Part shown: positions 22,264 through 30,902 of the stretch, one piece after another
How the letters are laid out: every line of letters starts with the position of its first letter
How positions within the stretch are numbered: position 1 is the first letter of the stretch
NCBI GenBank assembly: GCA_002167555.2
Contig: NHDL02000003.1
Span: 81,734 to 145,733 of the forward strand
Origin: Deltaproteobacteria bacterium TMED58
GTDB taxonomy: Bacteria; Desulfobacterota_D; UBA1144
DNA: 64,000 bases
Direction of reading: 5' to 3'
Notes under the pieces: generated by a model
Database searches by the model: none
What the model saw: the letters and a program-made list of their open reading frames with translations, nothing else
What the model was told of the DNA's origin: nothing
Position numbers and translations under genes: made by a program

Positions 22264-24771
22264 TTAAAAATCTAACTTTTGGGTAATCTTGTCATATGTA
22301 AAGATTTCAACAATATCACCCTGCTTTATATCATCTTCATTACCAAAGCCTATGCCGCATTCAAATCCATTAGCTACTTCTTTTACATCATCTTTAAATC
22401 TTTTAAGGGAATTTAGTTCGGCCTCAAAAACTAGCTCTCCCTCTCTTTGTACCCTCATGCTGGAGCCTCTAACAGCTTTACCATCCATTATCATGCAACC
22501 TGCAACTCTACCCTGCTTTGTTAAATTAAATATCTCTTTTATTTCTGCATGTCCAAGGACTCTTTCCTCTAATATCGGATCTAATAAGCCTTCTAATAGC
22601 TCTTTAATTCGGTCTAAAATCTCATATATGATTTTAAATGTTTCACATCTTATAGAAGATTTATCTAATAATTTTTTTACTTTAGGCTCAATATCAGTAG
22701 AAAAACCTAAAATAATAGATTGAGTAGATTCAGCTAGTGTAAAATCTGATTCGTTGATATTTCCCACTGCACTGTGAACCAACTTGGCTTTGCATTTAGA
22801 GGACTCAAAATTAAATAAAGCAGATACCAAAGCATCAAGAGAGCCTTGCGTATCAGCTTTTATTATTATAGGCATTTCTTTAATAGAATTTTGTTCAAGA
22901 TCAAAATTAATAAAGTCTAAATCAACTGTATGATTAGAGAATGTTGCCTCTTCCTGAATTGTATCGAATCTATTTTTTATAACCTCTTTCGCAATTTTTT
23001 CGTTCTTAACTATATGGTACTGTAGTCCAGCCTCAGGAACAGAATTAAGACCTAAAATTTCTATTGGAATAGAGGGTCCTGACTCTTTAACCTGAACACC
23101 TTTATCATTTACAAGAGCCCTCACTTTTCCGGAACTGGTTCCGCACAATATAATATCACCTTTTTTAATTTTTCCTTCCTTGGGGATAATTGTTGCAACA
23201 ACTCCTCTACCTTTATCTAAAAAGGATTCCAGGACATATCCAGAGGAAAAAACTTGATTATTTGCTTTTAATTCCATTACCTCTGCTTGTAAGCTAATTA
23301 ATTCTAATAATTCGTCTATTCCCTCGCCATTAAGAGCAGATACGCCAATATAAGTTGTATCACCTCCCCAGTCTTCTGGGGAAAGATCATGTTCAGATAA
23401 TTTTGTTTTAACTGCATCTATATTTGCTTCAGGCTTATCAATCTTATTAACCGCGACAATAATGGGAACATTTGCAGATTTTGCATGGTTAATTGCTTCA
23501 ACCGTTTGAGGCATAACACCATCATCTGCAGCAACAACTAGTATTACTATATCAGTTAAACTTGCTCCTCGAGATCTCATAGATGAGAATGCAGAGTGAC
23601 CAGGAGTATCAATGAATACTAATTCATTTCCGCTAAAATTTACACTATAAGCTCCGATTGATTGAGTAATACCCCCATATTCTTTATCTGCAACTTTTGA
23701 TTTTCTTATATAATCAAGAAGGGAGGTTTTTCCGTGATCTACATGGCCCATTACGGTTATTATTGGTGGTCTTTTCTTGATATCACCATCTTTTCTATTA
23801 ATTCCCTGGCTTAAAACTGATTTTTCATTATATGAATCAACCTCAACATCATAATTAAATTCAGAGGCAATTATAGTTGCTTCGTCCGAATCTATTTCAT
23901 CTTTGAAAGTTACTGTTAAACCTAAGGAAGATGCTTTCTTTATTACTTCATTGATCTTTACTTTTAATTTACTGGCCAGCAAAGTGACTAATATCTTCTC
24001 TTGGATTTTAATTTTATTTACTTTCTTTTTTGTTTCATCAACATTCTTATCTAAATCATCTTCTTGAACACTGGTGCTTAAAGTATCTTTAGAGTTTCTG
24101 GTTTTTTTGGGAAAATTATTAGAAACAAGGAACTCCTTTCTTGTTCCAGGAAGCTTAGCTTTCACTGCACTTTTTAATGCATCCATTGCTTCATCGTCAA
24201 TTATTACTTCCTTTGAAACCTTTATTTTTGATTTCTTTTTAGGCTTGGTTTGATCTGACTCTTTTTTCTTATTCTGATTAAAATTTGGTTGTGGGCTGGA
24301 TTCTTCATCTACTTTGGCATCTGACTCTTCTGAAGATTTTAAATCATCTTTGATTGAATCCACTGATTTATCATCTTCAATCTTTATATTTTCATCTAGG
24401 TCTTTTGATAAAGTCTCTAATTTTTCTTTTTCATTTGAACTTATTTCATTCAATTCATCCTGTTCTTTTATTTTTAAATTATCTGACTGTACAGAATTTC
24501 TTTCTTCTACAACTTCTTTGACTTTAGCTGCTTTTTTTCTTCTTATAGTTACCTTTGACCCAGTACGTTTAACAATATCTCTATCAGACTTTTCTTTGAC
24601 AATTTGAGACTTTGAAAAAGAATTTTTTATCTTTTCAGCATCCTCATCACTTATACTTGAAGATGAGCTTCTAGCTATAATCGAAAGTTCTTTGCATTTA
24701 GACAATATATCTTTAATTTCTACAGAAATTTCTAAGGCTAAATCTTTAACTTTCGTTTTAACTTTTTTCAT
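22264..24771 (-). CDS. infB: translation initiation factor IF-2
   Basis: 835 aa with a low-complexity K/E/S-rich N-terminus and a GTPase core (GHVDHGKTSLLD, DTPGH, NKID). nusA-infB order is conserved. Confidence 0.97.
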   Translation of the reverse strand: MKKVKTKVKDLALEISVEIKDILSKCKELSIIARSSSSSISDEDAEKIKNSFSKSQIVKEKSDRDIVKRTGSKVTIRRKKAAKVKEVVEERNSVQSDNLKIKEQDELNEISSNEKEKLETLSKDLDENIKIEDDKSVDSIKDDLKSSEESDAKVDEESSPQPNFNQNKKKESDQTKPKKKSKIKVSKEVIIDDEAMDALKSAVKAKLPGTRKEFLVSNNFPKKTRNSKDTLSTSVQEDDLDKNVDETKKKVNKIKIQEKILVTLLASKLKVKINEVIKKASSLGLTVTFKDEIDSDEATIIASEFNYDVEVDSYNEKSVLSQGINRKDGDIKKRPPIITVMGHVDHGKTSLLDYIRKSKVADKEYGGITQSIGAYSVNFSGNELVFIDTPGHSAFSSMRSRGASLTDIVILVVAADDGVMPQTVEAINHAKSANVPIIVAVNKIDKPEANIDAVKTKLSEHDLSPEDWGGDTTYIGVSALNGEGIDELLELISLQAEVMELKANNQVFSSGYVLESFLDKGRGVVATIIPKEGKIKKGDIILCGTSSGKVRALVNDKGVQVKESGPSIPIEILGLNSVPEAGLQYHIVKNEKIAKEVIKNRFDTIQEEATFSNHTVDLDFINFDLEQNSIKEMPIIIKADTQGSLDALVSALFNFESSKCKAKLVHSAVGNINESDFTLAESTQSIILGFSTDIEPKVKKLLDKSSIRCETFKIIYEILDRIKELLEGLLDPILEERVLGHAEIKEIFNLTKQGRVAGCMIMDGKAVRGSSMRVQREGELVFEAELNSLKRFKDDVKEVANGFECGIGFGNEDDIKQGDIVEIFTYDKITQKLDF

Positions 24772-24774
24772 AAA

Positions 24775-26073
24775 TTATTGCTCTTCCTTCTCCGCATCAT
24801 CATCAACTTCTTCAACAGGCGCATTCCTTAACTTTTCTTGTAAAGCTGTTTTTGCAGCAATTTGTATTTTTTCAACATCTTCTCTAGCAGTGATGCCGGA
24901 AGATTTTTGAATTGAATCTACTTCACCAAAAGCTACATCTTCTAAGGTATGAAACCCGCCAGCAAATAAAAGGTTAGCATTAACCTCTGAAACTTTAGGA
25001 AGAGTTAATAATAGCTTAACAACACTTTGTTGCTCCTCCCTTAATTGAATATCAGTCTTAATTGTTATCTCCCATCCTAGCAATTCTGATGCTAATCTAA
25101 CATTTTGTCCTTTCCTTCCTATAGTTAAAGAGAATTGATCTTCATCTACGATAACTTCCATAGCCTTAGATACATCATCCATTATTACTTTATTCACTCT
25201 TGCTGGTGATAGCGAATTACAAGCGTACCTAGCAACATCAACAGACCAAGGAACTATATCAATCTTCTCACCTTTTAGCTCTTGTATAATGTTTTGCACT
25301 CTTGAGCCTCTCATTCCAACACAAGCTCCCACGGGATCTATGTCTTGATCATTAGAAGAAACAGCAATCTTAGTTCTTCCTCCAGGATCCCTAGAAATTC
25401 CCATAATTTGAACAATCCCTTCTCCTATCTCAGGAACCTCGGCTTTAAATAATGACTCTACAAAATTTTTATGTGCACGAGAAATAACTAGCTTAGTTCC
25501 CCTTTTGTCTTCCTCAATGTTTAGTAGAACAGCCCTTAGTCTATCTTTAGGTTGAAAATATTCTCTTGGAACTTGTTCTTCATATGGAATGATTGCCTCT
25601 GTTCTTCCAATATCTACAATTATTGTTCCCTTCGAGATTCTTCTTACTATTCCATTAACGAGCTCACCTTGTCTTGATTTAAATTCCTCATAAATAACTT
25701 TGGCTTCTGCTTCCTTAAGTTTTTGGATAATTTTCTGCCTTGCATTTTGAATTGCAATCCTTGTGTAACTAGGATCTAATTTTATTCCAATTTCCTCACC
25801 AATTTCAATTTCTGGGTCAAGCTTTCTAGCCTCTTCAATTGATATTTCCATATCATCATCAAAAAGATCATCCACAACCTTTTTAAACTCAAAAAGCTCT
25901 ATATCGTTATATTCATTAAACTGACATTCTAAATCTTTATAACGAGGATCTGTCTTTAAAAGCTTATGCGCTGCTGATACAACAGATTCATTTACAGCTT
26001 CCAAAATAATTTCCTTTTCAATTCCCTTATCTTTTGAAACTGAGTCTATTACTCTTGCTAGTTCTTCATTCAT
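24775..26073 (-). CDS. nusA: transcription termination/antitermination factor NusA
   Basis: 432 aa with S1 and tandem KH domains (DPVGACVGMRGSRVQ, LTIGRKGQNVRLA). Confidence 0.96.
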   Translation of the reverse strand: MNEELARVIDSVSKDKGIEKEIILEAVNESVVSAAHKLLKTDPRYKDLECQFNEYNDIELFEFKKVVDDLFDDDMEISIEEARKLDPEIEIGEEIGIKLDPSYTRIAIQNARQKIIQKLKEAEAKVIYEEFKSRQGELVNGIVRRISKGTIIVDIGRTEAIIPYEEQVPREYFQPKDRLRAVLLNIEEDKRGTKLVISRAHKNFVESLFKAEVPEIGEGIVQIMGISRDPGGRTKIAVSSNDQDIDPVGACVGMRGSRVQNIIQELKGEKIDIVPWSVDVARYACNSLSPARVNKVIMDDVSKAMEVIVDEDQFSLTIGRKGQNVRLASELLGWEITIKTDIQLREEQQSVVKLLLTLPKVSEVNANLLFAGGFHTLEDVAFGEVDSIQKSSGITAREDVEKIQIAAKTALQEKLRNAPVEEVDDDAEKEEQ

Positions 26074-26082
26074 TTTATTCCT

Positions 26083-26541
26083 CTATAAATCTAAATTAGC
26101 TTTTAAAATATCATCAAAACATATATCAAATATTTTTCCACTATCATTAATGCTTATCTTACTTCCCATAACTCCTTCAATTGTTCCAACAAAGACTTTT
26201 TTAGAACTATCTTCGTAGGGAGCAGAAAGCTTAATTCTAGCCTTCTTTCCTTCGAATCTGATATAATCAGATAAGTTCTTCAACGGCCTCTTAGGTCCTG
26301 GAGAAGAGACCTCGAGTGTATAACTTGAATCAATATAGTCATCTAATCCTCCACTCTCATTGATTAATTGATTAAAATCAACACAATCATCTAAAGTAAC
26401 ACCATCTTCCTTGTCAATGAAAATGACAATGTTGCTTTTATTGGAGCCACCTAAATGTTCAACGTCAATTAGTTCGTACTTACTATTCAAACATATAGAC
26501 TTGATGAAAGAAGTAACTTTTTCTATATTTTCCTTATTCAA
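26083..26541 (-). CDS. rimP: ribosome maturation factor RimP
   Basis: 152 aa, immediately upstream of nusA, with an EVSSPGPKRPL motif. TTG start. Confidence 0.88.
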   Translation of the reverse strand: MNKENIEKVTSFIKSICLNSKYELIDVEHLGGSNKSNIVIFIDKEDGVTLDDCVDFNQLINESGGLDDYIDSSYTLEVSSPGPKRPLKNLSDYIRFEGKKARIKLSAPYEDSSKKVFVGTIEGVMGSKISINDSGKIFDICFDDILKANLDL

Positions 26542-26550
26542 AAAAATACC

Positions 26551-26582
26551 TTCAAATAAAAGAAGCGGGACAAGCCCGCTTC
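26551..26582 (-). terminator. Rho-independent terminator after uvrB
   Basis: The minus strand reads GAAGCGGG-CTTGT-CCCGCTTC (8-bp GC-rich stem, 26562-26569 paired with 26575-26582) followed by TTTTATTT. It lies between the uvrB stop and the rimP start. Confidence 0.8.
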
Positions 26583-26615
26583 AAAAACTATTAAAATAAT
26601 AACATTTAAAGTTGA

Positions 26616-28616
26616 CTATGCAATCTCTTCAATATAGGCAAGCTCCAACTTTTTTAAGATTTTAATTTTATCTCTTAAAAGTCCGGCTTCTTCAAATTTA
26701 AGCTCATTTGATAATATATTCATCTCTTTTCTAAGTTTCTCTATCTCTTTTGGAATTTTATGTGGCGCTATGTCTAAATCAGAAGGAATAGATTCGCTAT
26801 TATAATTAATATTATAAATTGAAGATATATCCGAATCTTTATCTTTAGTTATTGATTTTGGTATAATTGCATTATCATCATTGAATTTACACTGCAAAGT
26901 TCTTCGTCTATTTGACTCCTTAATGGCTGCTTCCATAGACTTAGTTATTTCATCTGCATACATTATTACTCTGCCATTCAGATTTCGGGCAGCTCTACCA
27001 AAAGTCTGTATTAAAGATGTCTGAGATCTCAAATATCCTTCTTTATCTGCATCCAATATCGCTACCAAAGAAACTTCGGGTAAATCTAATCCCTCCCTTA
27101 ATAAATTAATTCCAACTAATACATCAAACTCATCATTTCGCAATTTTTTTAAGATTTCAACTCTTTCCAAAGTTTTAATATCCGAGTGCATATATTCAAC
27201 TCTTATACCTAAACCCTTAAAGTATGAAGTTATTTCTTCTGCCATTTTCTTTGTTAGAGTAGTGACTAAGATTTTCTCATTTTTTTCTACAACACTTTTA
27301 ATTTCAGACAATAGATTCTCAATTTGATTCTTTGCTGATCTTACTTCAATTGTTGGATCTACTAGTCCAGTAGGTCTTATGATTTGCTCCACAATATTCT
27401 TTCCACTTTTTTCTTTCTCATATTCTGCTGGGGTAGCAGATACATATATAATTTGATTAATCTTGTTTTCAAATTCTGTGATATTTAAAGGCCTATTATC
27501 TAAAGCGGAAGGAAGCCTAAATCCATGGTCAACAAGAGTTTGCTTTCTACTTTTGTCTCCAGCGTGCATTCCTTTAATTTGTGGAATTGTTTGATGGCTT
27601 TCATCAATAACAAGTAAAAAATCTTCTGGAAAATAATCGATAAGTGTATATGGTGGCTCTCCTGCTACTCTTTGGTCCAAGTGTCTAGAATAATTTTCAA
27701 TTCCAGGACAAAAACCCATTATCTCCATTAATTCGAGGTCGTTAGCAGTTCTTTCTTGAATTCTCTTCATCTCGTCTAGCTTTCCCTGACCCCTAAACAC
27801 ACCAACCTGCTTTTTCAATTCTGCTTCAATAGATTTTATTGCTTTTTCTGTAGTCATTTTTTCAACTACATAATGAGTGCTTGGGAAGATAATAATGTTA
27901 TCAATTTCTTCAATAATTTCACCACTCAAAGGATCTATTTCATATATTGCTAATATTTTATCATCTTGAAACTTAACCTTTACAGCTTTATCTTCAAAAT
28001 TTGAAGGAATGATATCTACATTATTTCCAATCGCCCTAAAGGTCCCTCTAGTCAATTCAAACCTAGAGCGAGTATATTGAATCTTAATAAGTTCTTCGAG
28101 TAAAGTTTCTCTCTCTAACAAGTCCTTAGAACATAATTCTATAGTCATATTAAAGTAATCTTTGGGTGACCCTATTCCATAAATACAAGAAACGCTAGAA
28201 ACAATAATCACATCTTTCCTATTGAAAAGTGCACTAGTTGAAGCATGTCTCAATTGATCAATATGATCATTGATTTGAGAGTCCTTGGCAATGTAGGTGT
28301 TTGAAGAAGGAATATAAGCCTCTGGTTGATAATAATCGTAATAACTCACAAAATAATGTACAGCGTTATCCGGAAAAATTTCCCTGAACTCTTCATATAA
28401 CTGTGCAGCTAAAGTTTTATTATGAGCCATGATCACTGTAGGCCTATTTACTTTCTCAATAACATTTGCAATAGTAAAAGTTTTTCCACTTCCGGTAACT
28501 CCTAGTAAGGTTTGCTCTTTTACACCCGCGGCAAGGTTTTTTGCGAGTTTTAAAATAGCCTCAGGTTGGTCACCATTGGGCTTAAACTTAGTTTTTATCT
28601 TGAATCTCATGCTCAC
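26616..28616 (-). CDS. uvrB: excinuclease ABC subunit B
   Basis: 666 aa with PNGDQPEAI, the GVTGSGKTFT Walker A, helicase motifs and a C-terminal UVR domain. Start is either GTG 28616 or ATG 28610. Confidence 0.97.
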   Translation of the reverse strand: MSMRFKIKTKFKPNGDQPEAILKLAKNLAAGVKEQTLLGVTGSGKTFTIANVIEKVNRPTVIMAHNKTLAAQLYEEFREIFPDNAVHYFVSYYDYYQPEAYIPSSNTYIAKDSQINDHIDQLRHASTSALFNRKDVIIVSSVSCIYGIGSPKDYFNMTIELCSKDLLERETLLEELIKIQYTRSRFELTRGTFRAIGNNVDIIPSNFEDKAVKVKFQDDKILAIYEIDPLSGEIIEEIDNIIIFPSTHYVVEKMTTEKAIKSIEAELKKQVGVFRGQGKLDEMKRIQERTANDLELMEIMGFCPGIENYSRHLDQRVAGEPPYTLIDYFPEDFLLVIDESHQTIPQIKGMHAGDKSRKQTLVDHGFRLPSALDNRPLNITEFENKINQIIYVSATPAEYEKEKSGKNIVEQIIRPTGLVDPTIEVRSAKNQIENLLSEIKSVVEKNEKILVTTLTKKMAEEITSYFKGLGIRVEYMHSDIKTLERVEILKKLRNDEFDVLVGINLLREGLDLPEVSLVAILDADKEGYLRSQTSLIQTFGRAARNLNGRVIMYADEITKSMEAAIKESNRRRTLQCKFNDDNAIIPKSITKDKDSDISSIYNINYNSESIPSDLDIAPHKIPKEIEKLRKEMNILSNELKFEEAGLLRDKIKILKKLELAYIEEIA

Positions 28617-28680
28617 ATAAATATTGTAACTGATATAAAGAGATTGACTTTTTATCTCATTTTGGTTTTCCTTTTTATCT

Positions 28681-30195
28681 ATGAAACCTTGTGTATATCT
28701 TGTAGGAGCTGGTCCAGGTGACCCAGGCCTTATAACAGTTAAGGCCCTAGAGTTAATTAAAGATGCAGATGCTGTAGTTTATGATTATCTTAGTAACCCT
28801 TTTTTTCTCTCCCAGGTTAGTACAAATTGTAAACTTATAAATGCAGGTAAAAGATTAGGTTTCAAGGCTCTAACACAGAAAAAAATAAATGAAAAACTAA
28901 TTTTTTTGGCAAAGAGTGGGTACAAAAGAATTGTAAGATTGAAGGGCGGGGATCCGTTTCTTTTTGGTAGAGGTGGTGAAGAAGCTGAGGAACTTAAAAA
29001 AAATAGAATAAATTTTGAGATAGTCCCTGGTATAACTTCAGCAATTGCAGTACCGGCATATGCAGGTATACCTGTAACTCACCGAGATATAACTAGCACT
29101 CTTTCAATTGTTACCGGTCACGAAGATCCAGATAAAAATGAAAGTTCCATAGATTGGACTTCATTATCAAGAATGAAATCTATAATTTTCTTGATGGGAA
29201 CGAAGAATTTAAAGAAAAATCTTAGTAATTTAATAAGTAATGGAATGCCTAAAAAAACTAATATTGCTGTTATAAATTGGGGAACTTATTCTAAACAAAA
29301 AACAGTCACCGGAAACTTAATCAATATTCATGAAGAAATCAAAAAAAATAAAATCAAATCTCCTTCAATAGTAGTAATTGGGGATATATGCAAGATGAGA
29401 TCTAAATTAAATTGGTTTGAAAAAAAACCATTATTTGGAAAAAATATTATTGTCACTAGGGCCAGAAAAAACTCTAGTAAATTATCAAAAAAAATAATTG
29501 AATTAGGTGGAAACCCAATTGAAATACCTACGATAGAAATAAAACCTAAATCTTCAAAAACAATAAGAACTAATTTAAATAAAATTAATAATTATGAATG
29601 GTTAGTTTTTACAAGTGTTAATGGAGTTGAAATCTTTTTTGATGAATTCCTAAAAATTAATAATGATATTAGAAAACTAGGAAATTTAAAAATAGCAGCC
29701 ATAGGATCAGAAACTGCAAGATCATTAAATAAATTAAACCTATCAGTTGATTTAATTCCAGATAAATTTACTGCTGAAGGGCTTCTTAATTCTTTCAAAA
29801 AATTAAAAATTAGGAAATCAAAGATATTCATACCTAGAGCTTCTCTAGCAAGAGATACTCTTGTTAGTGGGCTGAGAAAAATTGGAAATGAAGTAAAAGA
29901 AGTAAAGATTTACGATACTATATTACCCTCAAAGCTAACTAAAAAAGATGTTTTAAATAAAGTTAGTGGTGTGAATATTGATTTCATAACCTTTACTAGT
30001 TCCTCAACTGTTGATAATTTTTTTAAATATATAACTCCAAAAAAAGTGAAATCGAATAAGGATGTAAAATTTGTAGTTATTGGACCAATAACAGGAAAGA
30101 GGCTACTAACATATGGAATCAAGCCACATTTAATTTGTAAAAAGTTTACTATAGATAATCTCTTGGATGAAATTGTAAGATATAAAAATAAATGA
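28681..30195 (+). CDS. bifunctional uroporphyrinogen-III C-methyltransferase / uroporphyrinogen-III synthase (CobA/HemD fusion)
   Basis: 504 aa. The N-terminal half carries SUMT motifs (YLVGAGPGDPGLITVKA, VVRLKGGDPFLFGRGGEE). The C-terminal half of about 250 aa is HemD-like. Confidence 0.88.
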   Translation: MKPCVYLVGAGPGDPGLITVKALELIKDADAVVYDYLSNPFFLSQVSTNCKLINAGKRLGFKALTQKKINEKLIFLAKSGYKRIVRLKGGDPFLFGRGGEEAEELKKNRINFEIVPGITSAIAVPAYAGIPVTHRDITSTLSIVTGHEDPDKNESSIDWTSLSRMKSIIFLMGTKNLKKNLSNLISNGMPKKTNIAVINWGTYSKQKTVTGNLINIHEEIKKNKIKSPSIVVIGDICKMRSKLNWFEKKPLFGKNIIVTRARKNSSKLSKKIIELGGNPIEIPTIEIKPKSSKTIRTNLNKINNYEWLVFTSVNGVEIFFDEFLKINNDIRKLGNLKIAAIGSETARSLNKLNLSVDLIPDKFTAEGLLNSFKKLKIRKSKIFIPRASLARDTLVSGLRKIGNEVKEVKIYDTILPSKLTKKDVLNKVSGVNIDFITFTSSSTVDNFFKYITPKKVKSNKDVKFVVIGPITGKRLLTYGIKPHLICKKFTIDNLLDEIVRYKNK

Positions 30196-30899
30196 ATAGA
30201 TTTTTTCTAAATAAAGAAATTAACAAAGATGAGCAAATAATAATTGAGGGTGATAACTTTCATCACTGTATTATAGTTTTAAAACATAAAGTTGGAGATA
30301 ACATTTTAGTTTTTGATAAAAAAGAAGATGAATTTCTGTGCAAAATAATTGGAACAAAAAAAGAATCTATGATGATTCAGGCTCAATACCTTCGCCCAAA
30401 AAAAACTATTAACGAACCAGACATCAATGTTTATCAATCAATACCAAAAGGTAAAACTATAGAAAATATTATAGAGAAATCCGTTGAACTTGGTGTGAAA
30501 GAATTTATTCCAATAATCTCATCTAGAACTATTAAAAAATCTAGAGAGGTAAAAGAAAGGTGGCTTGAAATTGTTAAAACTGCTACAAAACAATGTGGAA
30601 GAAATGACATTATGAAAATACACGAACCCCTTCAGTACTCAGATATATTCAAAAAAAATAATTCGGGGCTTAAAATAATTTTTTATGAAAACAGTAAGAA
30701 TAAAATAAACCATGAAATATTAGAACCTAATAAAAATATTTCCTTAATTATTGGACCAGAGGGTGGCTTTACTAATGAAGAGATAATTTTGGCAAATAAT
30801 AATGGTTTTATTGATATGTCACTTGGGAATACGGTACTTAAATCTAACACGGCACTTATATTAGGTGTAGGCATTATAAAACTAATTTGCTCACCCTAA
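30192..30899 (+). CDS. rsmE: 16S rRNA (uracil1498-N3)-methyltransferase
   Basis: 235 aa with the RsmE-type C-terminal SPOUT motif IIGPEGGFTNEE. ATGA overlap with the preceding gene. Confidence 0.88.
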   Translation: MNRFFLNKEINKDEQIIIEGDNFHHCIIVLKHKVGDNILVFDKKEDEFLCKIIGTKKESMMIQAQYLRPKKTINEPDINVYQSIPKGKTIENIIEKSVELGVKEFIPIISSRTIKKSREVKERWLEIVKTATKQCGRNDIMKIHEPLQYSDIFKKNNSGLKIIFYENSKNKINHEILEPNKNISLIIGPEGGFTNEEIILANNNGFIDMSLGNTVLKSNTALILGVGIIKLICSP

Positions 30900-30902
30900 T
30901 TA

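Noticed and set aside
28617-28680. LexA/SOS box upstream of uvrB
   Set aside because: I could find no palindrome of the CTGT-N8-ACAG or GAAC-N4-GTTC type in the 64-nt divergent spacer.
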